From Thermoanaerobaculia bacterium (GTDB lineage: Bacteria > Acidobacteriota > Thermoanaerobaculia > UBA5066): a DNA stretch of 64,000 bases. Below, piece after piece: positions 20,438 to 29,713 of this stretch (position 1 is its first letter; every line of letters begins with the position of its first letter). The notes below the pieces were generated by a model, which made no database searches, was not told where the DNA came from, and worked only from the letters and a program-made list of their open reading frames with translations. The translations under genes were made by a program, and so were the position numbers. The stretch lies in assembly GCA_963816185.1 (NCBI GenBank), contig CAWFJJ010000029.1:256001-320000 (forward strand). The letters run 5' to 3'.

Positions 20438-21763
20438 TCAAGGGGCCGGGGCGCGGCTCAGCCGCCTCCCGAGCAGGAACAGCGGCCACCCCGTGACGAA
20501 GATCGCCGTTCCCGCCAGCGCGAGGCGCGCCTCTGTGACGGCCACGTGCGCGGCGACGGCGAAGAGCGCGAGGACGTAGAGCGCGGGGAGGACCGGGAAG
20601 CCCGCGATCCGGAACGCGCCGTCCCCGCCCTCGCCGCGTTTCCTCAGGACGAAGAGCGTCGAGGAGACGACGACGAGCGTGAGCATGTCCGTGAAGATCA
20701 CGTAGTTGAGGAGCTTCTCGAACGAGCCGAGGAGGAACGCGGGGACGAGCATCGTCGCGCCGAAAAGGAGGAGCCCGGCCATCGACACCTGCGTGCGCGG
20801 CGCAACGCGCAGGAAGACCCGCGGCAGGACGCCGTCCTCGGCCATCGCGTAGTAGCTTCTCGGCATCTGGAGGACGGTCGCGTTCACGAAGCCGGCCGCC
20901 GAGAGGAAGATCAGCACCGACACGACGGCTTCTCCCGCCCCTCCGAGGCTCGCGCGCGCGAGGGCGGCCGCGACCAGCTTCGACTCCGCGACGCCCTCGG
21001 CGCCGAGCGTCCTGACGTACGCGAAGTTCAGCACGAGGTAGAGGCCGACGACCGTCAGCATTCCCGCCGTGACGGCGAGCGGGAAGCGCCTCTTTGCGTC
21101 CTTCACATCCGCGCCGAGGTTCATCGTCATGTGATAGCCGCCGTACGCGTAGAAGACCGGGATCAACGCGGCGGCAAGGCCCGCGGGCGCGGCGGAGGGA
21201 GCGACAGGCTGTCCGCTCGCTTTCGGAGCGAGGGCGAGAGCGGCGACAGCCAGGCCCACGATCATCACGATCTTCACCATCGAGAGGACGTTCTGCGTCC
21301 CGGCGCCGACGCGGATTCCGAGGCCATTGAGGAGCAGCAGGACGAGCATCAGGCAGAGCGCGACGTAGAGAACGCTGTTCGTGCCGCGCCGCTCCGGCAG
21401 CAGCAGTCCGACGAGGTACTCGGCTCCGATGAACGCGACACCCGCCGCGCCCGCGCCCTGCATGAGCGTCTGCGCCCAGTTCAGGCTGAACGCGAGCGCG
21501 GGGTGGTAGCAGTCGGCCACGACGCGGTAATAGCCGCCCGCGCGCGGATGGCGCGAGCCGATCTCCGCGAAGACGAGCGCTCCAACGAGGCTCACGAGGC
21601 CGCCGATTCCCCACGCGAGAAGGAAGAAGCCGGGCGTCCCCGTCGCGCGCGCGACGATCGCCGGCGTCCGGAAGATCCCGATGCCGACGACGAGGCTCAC
21701 GACGACCATCGCCGTGTCGAAGGTCCCGAGCCGCGCGTCGATCTTCCCGGCTTCAGCCCTCAT
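20438..21763 (-). CDS. APC-family amino acid permease
   Basis: VGIGIFRTP, AEIGSRHPRAGG, YAYGG, ~12 TM segments. Confidence 0.9.
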   Translation of the reverse strand: MRAEAGKIDARLGTFDTAMVVVSLVVGIGIFRTPAIVARATGTPGFFLLAWGIGGLVSLVGALVFAEIGSRHPRAGGYYRVVADCYHPALAFSLNWAQTLMQGAGAAGVAFIGAEYLVGLLLPERRGTNSVLYVALCLMLVLLLLNGLGIRVGAGTQNVLSMVKIVMIVGLAVAALALAPKASGQPVAPSAAPAGLAAALIPVFYAYGGYHMTMNLGADVKDAKRRFPLAVTAGMLTVVGLYLVLNFAYVRTLGAEGVAESKLVAAALARASLGGAGEAVVSVLIFLSAAGFVNATVLQMPRSYYAMAEDGVLPRVFLRVAPRTQVSMAGLLLFGATMLVPAFLLGSFEKLLNYVIFTDMLTLVVVSSTLFVLRKRGEGGDGAFRIAGFPVLPALYVLALFAVAAHVAVTEARLALAGTAIFVTGWPLFLLGRRLSRAPAP

Positions 21764-22952
21764 GGAGCGCCTCGGCGAGAAGACCCGCGAGCCTCACGTA
21801 CTGCGCTTGGGTGTTGTAGAGCTGCGCCGAGAGGCGCACGAGCTTTCCGCGGCCGACCGGCCAGTCGTAGAACCACGGCTCGACGCCGCGCGCGCGCATC
21901 CAGTCCGCCAGCCTCTCTCGGTCGAGGCGCTGGGCGGGACTGCCGGGCGCGGTCGCGGGCAGCGGGATCGACGCCATCGCGCCGAGCATCGATTCGGGCG
22001 CGGGCGCCGCCACGCCGAGAGCCCCGCAGATCGCCACGCGCGCCTTCGACGCGAGGGCGCGGTTCGCCGCGATCAGCCCCGGCCAGCCGCCCGGCAGGAG
22101 GCCGCCGAGATACGCGATGCAGTCCGGGATGCAGAGCGCGGCCGTCGGGTCGGCAGTCCCCGTCCAGTCGAACTCGTCCTTGAAGCGCGCCTCGCCCCCG
22201 GCGTAGCCGTGGCTGATCGCGATCGGATGGAGACCCTTCTGCCGGTCCTTCCTCACGTGCAGGAACGCGGCTCCTTTCGGCGCGCAGAGCCACTTGTGGG
22301 CGTTCGCCGTGTAGTACGCCGCACCGAGGCGATCGAGGTCGAGCGGGATCATCCCGAGCGCGTGCGCGCCGTCCACGAGCGTGTCGACGCCGCGTCGGGA
22401 AAGCTCGGCGACGAGCCGCTCGATCGGAAAGACGAGCGCCGTCGGGCTCGTGACGTGATCCAGCATCGCGAGACGCGTTTGAGGTGTGACGCGCGAAAGA
22501 ACGGCGGAAACGACTTCCTCTTCGGAACGCAGCGGAAAAGGAACGGACGCCTCGACGACGCGCGCGCCCGACCGCGCCGCAGCGTAGTCGAGCGTCTTCC
22601 TGCAAGCGGCGTACGCATGGTCGGTCGTGAGGAGCTCGTCGCCGGGAGAGAGCGCGAGCGAGCGCACGACCGCGTTGATGCCCGCCGTCGCGTTCGGGAC
22701 GAAGGCGAGGTCGTCCCCGTCGGCGCCCACGAACGCCGCGAGGGCCGCGCGCGCTCCGGCGAAGAGGCCCGGCAGCGCGCGGACGAAGAAATCCACGGGC
22801 TCCTTCTCGAGCTCGAGCCGCAGCTCGGACTGCTTTTCGAGGATCGCCTTCGGGCACGCGCCGAACGAGCCGTGGTTCAGGTAGGCGACGGCCGGGTCGA
22901 GGAGCCAGAGGTGGGCCCACGGGCTCTCCGGTGTGGCGTTCGTCTCGGGCAT
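21753..22952 (-). CDS. class V PLP aminotransferase (isopenicillin N epimerase / C-S lyase-like)
   Basis: YLNHGSFGA, VDGAH, NAHKWLCAPKG. Confidence 0.88.
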   Translation of the reverse strand: MPETNATPESPWAHLWLLDPAVAYLNHGSFGACPKAILEKQSELRLELEKEPVDFFVRALPGLFAGARAALAAFVGADGDDLAFVPNATAGINAVVRSLALSPGDELLTTDHAYAACRKTLDYAAARSGARVVEASVPFPLRSEEEVVSAVLSRVTPQTRLAMLDHVTSPTALVFPIERLVAELSRRGVDTLVDGAHALGMIPLDLDRLGAAYYTANAHKWLCAPKGAAFLHVRKDRQKGLHPIAISHGYAGGEARFKDEFDWTGTADPTAALCIPDCIAYLGGLLPGGWPGLIAANRALASKARVAICGALGVAAPAPESMLGAMASIPLPATAPGSPAQRLDRERLADWMRARGVEPWFYDWPVGRGKLVRLSAQLYNTQAQYVRLAGLLAEALHEG

Positions 22953-23034
22953 GAGACGGGCTCACGTTACACGATCGTCCCGCGAGCTCGCGGGGCGCAG
23001 AATCAGGCCGGGCGAATGGCCCTGGAGGTACTCG

Positions 23035-23821
23035 ATGAGCTCGCGGCCGAAGGCTTGCCGTCCTCTCGTCGTCGCATCGTTGCTCGCCCTCGCGGCGTTC
23101 GCGCAGTGCCCCGCCGAGGCGGCGGAGAAGAGCGGCAAGGCCCGCGCGGGCGAGCCGATCGGGAAGACCGTCGAAGAAACACTGCAGGCGAACTCGCAGG
23201 CGCTGCTGGACGCCGTCGGGTCAGGCGACGCGGCCGTCTGGGATCGCCTTCTCGACGCGCGCGTCCTCTACGTCGACGAGAGCGGCTCCCTCCTCGACCG
23301 CAAGGCCCTCATCGACGGCATCAAGCCGCTGCCCGCCGGCGTTTCGGGCACGATCCGCGTCACGGACTTCCATGCCGCCGTCCACGGCGACGTCGCCGTG
23401 GCGACGCACGTCGACGACGAGCACGAGACTTTCCACGGCCACGTGCTGCACTGCCAGTACCGCACGACCGACACCTGGCAGAAAACGCCGGCCGGCTGGC
23501 GTCTCGTCGGAGGGCAGGTGCTGGCCCTGCGGGCCGACCCGCCGGCTCTCGCGGTCGATCCCGACGACCTCGAGGAGTACACGGGCCTGTACACGCTCGC
23601 TCCCGACGTCACGTACGAAATCACGATGACGGACCACGGGCTCGATGGGCCGCCAGACGGGAAAGAAGCCGGAGCCGCTGAAGATGGAGGCCGGCGACGT
23701 GTTCTTCGTTCCCGGCAAGCCGCGCTACAGGATGATCTTCCTCCGAGACGACGACGGGGAGATCACGGGCTTCGCGGAGAGACGCGAGGCGTGGGACCTC
23801 GTCTTCGTGAAGAAGACCTAG
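23035..23821 (+). CDS. secreted NTF2-like (DUF4440) protein with C-terminal domain; frameshift near 23650
   Basis: Signal peptide, HGDVAV...TDTW...GWRLV; the C-terminus DVFFVPGKPRYRMIF...RREAWDLVF continues in a shifted frame to TAG at 23821. Confidence 0.7.
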
Positions 23822-23878
23822 GCGCGCCGTCTTCGAGCGTCTCGTGAAATACTGCTGCACCCCCGAATCCGGAGTCTC

Positions 23879-26771
23879 ATGAAGAACGTTCTCGCCAGCC
23901 TCGTCCTGATCGCGTCCGCGTCGCTCGCACCCGTCGCGTCCGCGGCGGACATGCTCGTGACGCCCGAATGGCTCGCCGATCACCGAGGCGAACAGAATCT
24001 CGTCCTCCTGCACGTCGGCCCGCCGGCCGACTTCGAGAAAGAGCACATCCCCGGCGCGATCCTCGTGAGTCCGCAGGACCTCTCCATCCCGCGGACCGAG
24101 AGCGCGCTCATCCTCCAGCTCCTCCCGCCCGCCCAGCTCCGCGCGAAGCTCGAGAGCCTCGGCATCGGCGACGACTCGCGCGTCGTCGTGTACTTCGGCA
24201 AGGACTGGGTCTCGCCCACGACGCGCGTCTACTTCAGCCTCGACGCCGCGGGCCTCGGCGACCACACGTCCATCCTCGACGGCGGCATGCCGGCGTGGAA
24301 GGACGCGGGCGGAACGGTCGTTTCGTCGGCGAACGATCCCGCGTCGGCCGTCCAGAGGAAGCCGGCAAAGATCACGGCCCGGGCGCACCCCGAGCTCGTG
24401 GCCGACCTCGACTTCGTCAAGGCCAACCTCGAGACGCCCGGGGTCGCGCTCGTCGACGCGCGCCACAAGAAGTATTTCGACGGCGCCGACGCGGGCGCGA
24501 TGCCCCGCGCCGGCCACATCCCCGGGGCGCACAACCTGCCGTTCGATACGCTCCTCGACGACGACGACACGATGAAGAGCCCCGCCGAGACGGCGAGGCT
24601 CCTCGAGGCAGCCGGCGTCAAGCCCGGCGACACCGTCGTGAGCTATTGCCACATCGGCCAGCAGGCCACCGTCGTGTACTTCGCGGCGAAGCGCCTCGGC
24701 TACAAGGCGCGCCTCTACGACGGCTCGTGGGACGAGTGGAGCCGCAGGAGCGACCTCCCGATCGAGAAGAACGGGGCGAAGGCAGCCGCGCCCGGGGCAC
24801 CGGCCGCGCCTGCCGTGCCGGCCGCCCCGCCGCCCCCTGCCGCTCCCGAGCTCGTCGCCGCCGACACGCCGAAGACGACGCCCGGCGGCACGAACTTCAA
24901 GGCGCCCGCCGGGTGGACGATTACGACGAAAGGCTCGATGGTCATCCTCGCGCCTCCGGAAACGGACGCGCGGCTCGCGATCGTGGACGTCGAGGCGAAG
25001 GACGCCGACGCCGCGGTCGCCGCGGGCTGGTCCGCCTTCGAACCGGGCTTCAAGCGGCCCCTGAAGATCGCGCAGCTCGGGACGGCGCGCGACGGCTGGG
25101 ACGAGCGGCACTCCTACGTCTACGAGACGTCGCCGAACGAGAAGCTGACGGTCTTCGCGCTGGCCTGGCGCGCCGGCAAGGTCTGGACCGTGACGCTCGT
25201 CGACGCCGCCGATGCGACGATGGAGAAGCGCGGCGGCCCGTTCTCACTCGTCATGAGCAGCCTGCGCCCGAAGGGCTATGCCCGCGAGACGTTCGCGGGA
25301 AAGAAGGCGCACCCGATCGACGCGAAGATGATCGCGACCCTGAAGGACTTCCTCGCCTCGGGGATGAAGCTGTTCGACGTCCCCGGCGTCGCCTTCAGCC
25401 TCCTCGACGGCGGGAAGGTCGTCTACGAAGGCGGGCTCGGCGTCAAGGAGCTGGGCAAGCCGGACCCGGTGGACGCGAACACGCTCTTCGCGATCGCATC
25501 GAACACGAAGGCCTTGACGACGCTCCTCCTCGCCGAGCTCGTGGACGAGAAGAAGCTGCGCTGGGACGAGCCCGTCACCGAAGCCTACCCGGCGTTCAGG
25601 CTCGGCGACGCCGCGACCACGAAGCAGGTCCTCGTCAAGCACCTCATCTGCGCCTGCACGGGCATGCCGCGGCAGGACTACGAATGGATCTTCGAGTACG
25701 CGAAGGCGACGCCGGCTTCGGCGCTCGGGATGCTCGGCACCATGCAGCCGACGAGCAAGTTCGGCGAGGTCTTCCAGTACAGCAACCTCATGGCCGCGGC
25801 GGCCGGGTTCATCGGCGGCTCGATCGCGTACCCCGGCAAGGAGCTCGGCGCCGCCTACGACAAGGCCATGCAGAAGAAGGTCTTCGGCCCGCTCGGGATG
25901 AAGCACACGACGTTCGACTTCGCCAAGGCGCTGAAGGGCGACGTCGCGCAGCCGCACGGCGACGACGTGGACGGCAGGCCGGCCCGCGCGCGCATGGACC
26001 CGAACAAGTCGCTCGTGCCGGTGCGCCCCGCGGGCGGCGCCTTCACGAGCGCGCACGACCTCTCGAAGTACGTGGCGATGGAGCTCGCGAAGGGCCTGCT
26101 CCCGAACGGCAAGCGGCTCGTCTCCGAGGAGAACCTCCTCGCGCGCCGCGCGCCGCAGGTCCTCGTCGCCGAGGACGTCACGTACGGCATGGGCCTCATC
26201 GTCGACCGCAAGTGGGGAATCCCGATCGTCCAGCACGGCGGCTCTCTCTTCGGCTACAAGAGCGACATGATGTGGCTCCCCGATTACGGAGTCGGAGCCG
26301 TCATCCTCACGAACTCGGATTCCGGTGCGGCCCTCGAGGGACCGTTCCAGCGCCGGCTCCTCGAGCTGCTCTTCGACGGCAAGCCCGAAGCCGAGGACCA
26401 GCTCCGCGTCGTCGCCGCGCAGAGAAAGGCCGCCATCGCGAAGGAGCGCGAGCGCCTCGTCGTCCCGGCCGACGCCGCCGAGGCCGCGAAGCTCGCGCCG
26501 CGCTACGTCAACGCGGCGCTCGGCGAGCTGACCGTGAAGAAGCAGCCCGGCGGCAGCGTCGTCTTCGACGTCGGGGAGTGGTACAGCAGCGTGGCCTCGC
26601 GCAAGAACGACGACGGGACGATCTCCTTCATCACGATCGACCCGGCGGTCGCCGGCTTCGAGTTCGTCGTCGCCGACGGGGACGGCAAACGCGCGCTTCG
26701 TAATCCGTGACGCACAGCACGAATATGTCTTTATGGAGGACACAGGTCCCAATTCGACGCCCGTGAGGTGA
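23879..26771 (+). CDS. exported tandem-rhodanese sulfurtransferase fused to a beta-lactamase-family serine hydrolase; terminal frameshift near 26697
   Basis: HIPGA x2, YCHIGQQA, YDGSWDEW; SNTK (SxxK), YSN, HGG; track stop at 26710, but the shifted frame continues VIRDAQHEYVF to TGA at 26771. Confidence 0.85.
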
Positions 26772-26850
26772 CTTTCCCCATCCTCCGGGTTATAGGATCC
26801 GCCCCCTGGATCGCGGCTCGCTGAAGCTGCGTTCAAAGGAGGTCGAAGTC

Positions 26851-28779
26851 ATGCGTTTCCTTTCAAAATCAGTTGTTCTGAAGCTTGCGGCACCGGCTGC
26901 GCTTCTTCTCATCACGGCTCCTGCGTTAACGCAACCGGTTCGTCTTCAGGTCCACCGCACCGCGGGCGGCAGCCTGCAGGCCGCACCTCCGGGCGGGGAC
27001 GCCTTGACCGCCACGGAGATCGATCTCGGGCTCGTCGCCGGCTCCGACGAAAACGACGTCGATGCGATCGGCACCCAGCCCCGGGTCAACCGCACCATCG
27101 CCAAGGGAGCGGCGCAGGGGCCGACCGTTCGCGGGCGGGGGCGCGCGAAATCGAATCCCGAGCTGGTGACGACGCTGCCCGGCTTGAACTTTCACGACCA
27201 GCGCTTCGCCAACGGAGGGAACCAGTTCTCCGTCGAGCCGCCGGACCAGGGAGTCTGCGCCGGCAACGGCTTCGTCCTCGAATCGGTCAACGACGTCCTC
27301 CAGATCTTCGATTCGACCGGCCAAGCGGTCACGGGGGTCGTCGACCTGAACACGTTCTACGGCTACCCGCCGGCGATCAACCGCGCGGTCAGCCCGCTGC
27401 AGTTCGGACCCTCGATCACCGATCCGAGCTGCCACTTCGACCGCGACACGCAGCGCTGGTTCCACTCGGTGCTAACGCTCGATCGCGCGTCGCCGACGAC
27501 GACGGCGCTTTCGGGCGCGAACCATCTCGACATCGCCGTCAGCACCACAGCCGACCCGACGGGATCGTGGGTCGTCTACAAGATCCCCGTGCAGAACGAC
27601 GGCACGCAGGGAACGCCCGACCACCATTGCATCCTTCGCATCAACGGCGTCAACCACCACGGACCCTGCCTCGGCGACTATCCGCACATCGGCGCCGACG
27701 CGAACGGCTTCTACGTCACGACGAACGAGTTCAGTCTCTCCGGTCCCGGATTCTTCGGGGCACAGGTCTATGCGCTCTCCAAGCACCAGCTCGCGGCGAA
27801 CGCGCCGGCGGTGGACGCCTTCCTGTTCAACACGAGCGACCCGAGTCTTCTTCTCGACGGGACTCCCGGTTTCACGGTCTGGCCCGCGCTCTCGACCGGC
27901 GGCGTCTTCGACACGGACAACGGCGGGACCGAGTTCTTCCTGAGCTCGCAGGCGGTCTTCTCGGACATTGGCCTCGACAACCGCCTCCGGGTCTGGTCGC
28001 TCACGAACACGAGCTCGCTCGACAGCGCGTCCCCGGCGCCCGCGTTGAGCGCGCGCGTCGCGACGGTCATCCCGTATGCCGTCCCGGGCTCGTCGAAGCA
28101 GCCCGCTGGCGACCTCCCGCTCCTGAGCTGCGTCGCGGATCCGGCCTGCGCTCCGAAAGTGGGCGCCACGACGCACGCCAACGTCGAAGCGAGGCTCCCG
28201 AGCAACGACTCGCGCATGCAGCAGGTCTCCTACGCCAACGGCAAGCTCTGGGGCGCCCTCGACACGGGGATCGCCTTCAGCGGCTTGCCCGGGGTGTTCG
28301 CCGGAATCGCGTTCTTCTCCCTGAACCCGAACTCCCTGCACGTCGCGCAGCAGGGTTACGTGGCGCTCGAGAACAACAACCTCACGTACCCGGCGCTGGC
28401 CGTGACGGAGAGCGGGCGCGGCGCGCTCGCCTTCACCGTGGTCGGCAACGATCACTTCCCCAGCGCGGGCTATACGAGCCTCGACGCCAAGATCGGCGCC
28501 GGCGACATTCACGTCGTCTCGGAGGGCCTCGGCCCGCAGGACGGCTTCACCGGCTACCTCCCGCTCGTCAATCCCATTCGTCCGCGTTGGGGCGACTACG
28601 GGGCGGCCGCGACCGACGGCAACAACATCTGGATCGCCTCGGAATCGACCGAGCAGACCTGCACGTACGCGGACTATCTGGTCGACACCCCGGCCAGCCC
28701 GTTCGGCACCTGCAACGGCACGCGCGCCAGCCTCGGCAACTGGGGCACGCGGATGACCAAGCTGAGCGTCGGCCCGTAA
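26851..28779 (+). CDS. secreted hypothetical protein (Cys-containing, predicted beta-rich)
   Basis: AAAGGAGG RBS, signal peptide, EPPDQG, DYPHIG, RWGDY motifs, strong codon bias. Confidence 0.8.
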   Translation: MRFLSKSVVLKLAAPAALLLITAPALTQPVRLQVHRTAGGSLQAAPPGGDALTATEIDLGLVAGSDENDVDAIGTQPRVNRTIAKGAAQGPTVRGRGRAKSNPELVTTLPGLNFHDQRFANGGNQFSVEPPDQGVCAGNGFVLESVNDVLQIFDSTGQAVTGVVDLNTFYGYPPAINRAVSPLQFGPSITDPSCHFDRDTQRWFHSVLTLDRASPTTTALSGANHLDIAVSTTADPTGSWVVYKIPVQNDGTQGTPDHHCILRINGVNHHGPCLGDYPHIGADANGFYVTTNEFSLSGPGFFGAQVYALSKHQLAANAPAVDAFLFNTSDPSLLLDGTPGFTVWPALSTGGVFDTDNGGTEFFLSSQAVFSDIGLDNRLRVWSLTNTSSLDSASPAPALSARVATVIPYAVPGSSKQPAGDLPLLSCVADPACAPKVGATTHANVEARLPSNDSRMQQVSYANGKLWGALDTGIAFSGLPGVFAGIAFFSLNPNSLHVAQQGYVALENNNLTYPALAVTESGRGALAFTVVGNDHFPSAGYTSLDAKIGAGDIHVVSEGLGPQDGFTGYLPLVNPIRPRWGDYGAAATDGNNIWIASESTEQTCTYADYLVDTPASPFGTCNGTRASLGNWGTRMTKLSVGP

Positions 28780-28790
28780 AGGAGCGGGCC

Positions 28791-28822
28791 GGGCAGGCTC
28801 CCGGTCTCACGGGGGCCTGCCC
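28791..28822 (+). terminator. GC-rich hairpin after the 26851..28779 gene (possible terminator, no U-tract)
   Basis: GGGCAGGCTCCCG / CGGGGGCCTGCCC stem. Confidence 0.4.
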
Positions 28823-29113
28823 GTCGCCTGCTTGCGCGGCCCGTTTCGCCTTTGGGGTGCGCGTCGCGGAAGCGCAGCTTGAGCCAGAGCCCAGCGAAAC
28901 CCAGACCGTGGTGGTCGTCCACGAACGTCCAAAGACGAGGCGGGTAGGGGCGACGAGCCGCTGCGGCAATGGAGTTTGGTCGAAAAGCCATGTTGGTGCA
29001 CGACGACGACGGAAGCGCGGCATCCGGGCTCGACCGCGCGTTGCGAGAAACAGAGACCTCGAAGAGGGTCCGGCGGAAGGGCAGGGAAAGGTAGGGAAGC
29101 CCGAGAGACGGCT

Positions 29114-29425
29114 TTATCTGGCCACGGCCCGGGCGATTTCCTTCGGTCTCTTTCCGGTGGCTAGCAGGGAACGAACGATGAGGTCGAGGCTGACCTGCGC
29201 GTCGGCGCTCTCCATCTTCGCGACTCGGGACTGGCTCGAGCCCAGCTTCGAAGCGAGCGCCGTCTGGGACAGCCCTTTCTTCAAACGAGCCTTCTTGAGC
29301 TCGCGTGCGAGGCTGAGCTTGATCTCGATGTAGGCCGATTCTTCAGGGGTCAAGCCGAGAAGGCTTTCGGCTGATCCGAATGTCCAGCCCTTCCTCATGA
29401 GTCGCGCCTTCTTCGTCTTGTGCAT
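29114..29425 (-). CDS. XRE-family HTH antitoxin-like regulator
   Basis: MHKTKKARLMRKGW...LSQTALASKLGSSQSRVAKME...SLDLIVRSLL. Confidence 0.85.
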   Translation of the reverse strand: MHKTKKARLMRKGWTFGSAESLLGLTPEESAYIEIKLSLARELKKARLKKGLSQTALASKLGSSQSRVAKMESADAQVSLDLIVRSLLATGKRPKEIARAVAR

Positions 29426-29497
29426 TTGATTACTCCGAAAACGGCGGAAACGGATTCCGCCATATAGCCACGCGAGAGGCTCTTCGGGAACCTTCAT
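29426..29497 (-). pseudogene. 5' remnant of a RelE/Gp49-like toxin gene
   Basis: MKVPEEPLAWLYGGIR, then with a 1-nt shift PPFS; resembles the KPLVWLHGEIKTPPFS N-terminus of toxins that pair with this antitoxin type. Confidence 0.55.
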
Positions 29498-29509
29498 TCG
29501 TCCGGAAGG

Positions 29510-29548
29510 AAGATAAGGTCGTTTGAGTGGCTATGTCAAGTCTGACAT
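29510..29548 (-). promoter_or_regulatory. sigma70-like promoter with palindromic operator for the decayed TA locus
   Basis: Minus strand TTGACA-18 nt-TATCTT; inverted repeat ATGTCA-AGTC-TGACAT (29533-29548) overlaps the -35. Confidence 0.6.
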
Positions 29549-29713
29549 GACGGTCAGGGACCTGCGAACGTGGCCCCAAAGGGTAACGCCTCTCATTTGC
29601 AGCCCGCCGCCGGACGACCTAGATTGCACGGCGTATACCGGTCCGGAAGCGTTGAGCCGCGACTGACCAGACCGAGGCGAGAGGCGGTCCTGACGCCTGT
29701 TTGGAGGCACCCG

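Noticed and set aside
25300-26400. Antibiotic-resistance beta-lactamase
   Set aside because: The SxxK/YxN/HGG motifs are shared by many esterases and peptidases, and nothing specifically indicates AmpC.
28823-29113. Possible small ORF or ncRNA in the intergenic gap
   Set aside because: No convincing RBS, codon bias or recognisable RNA structure.
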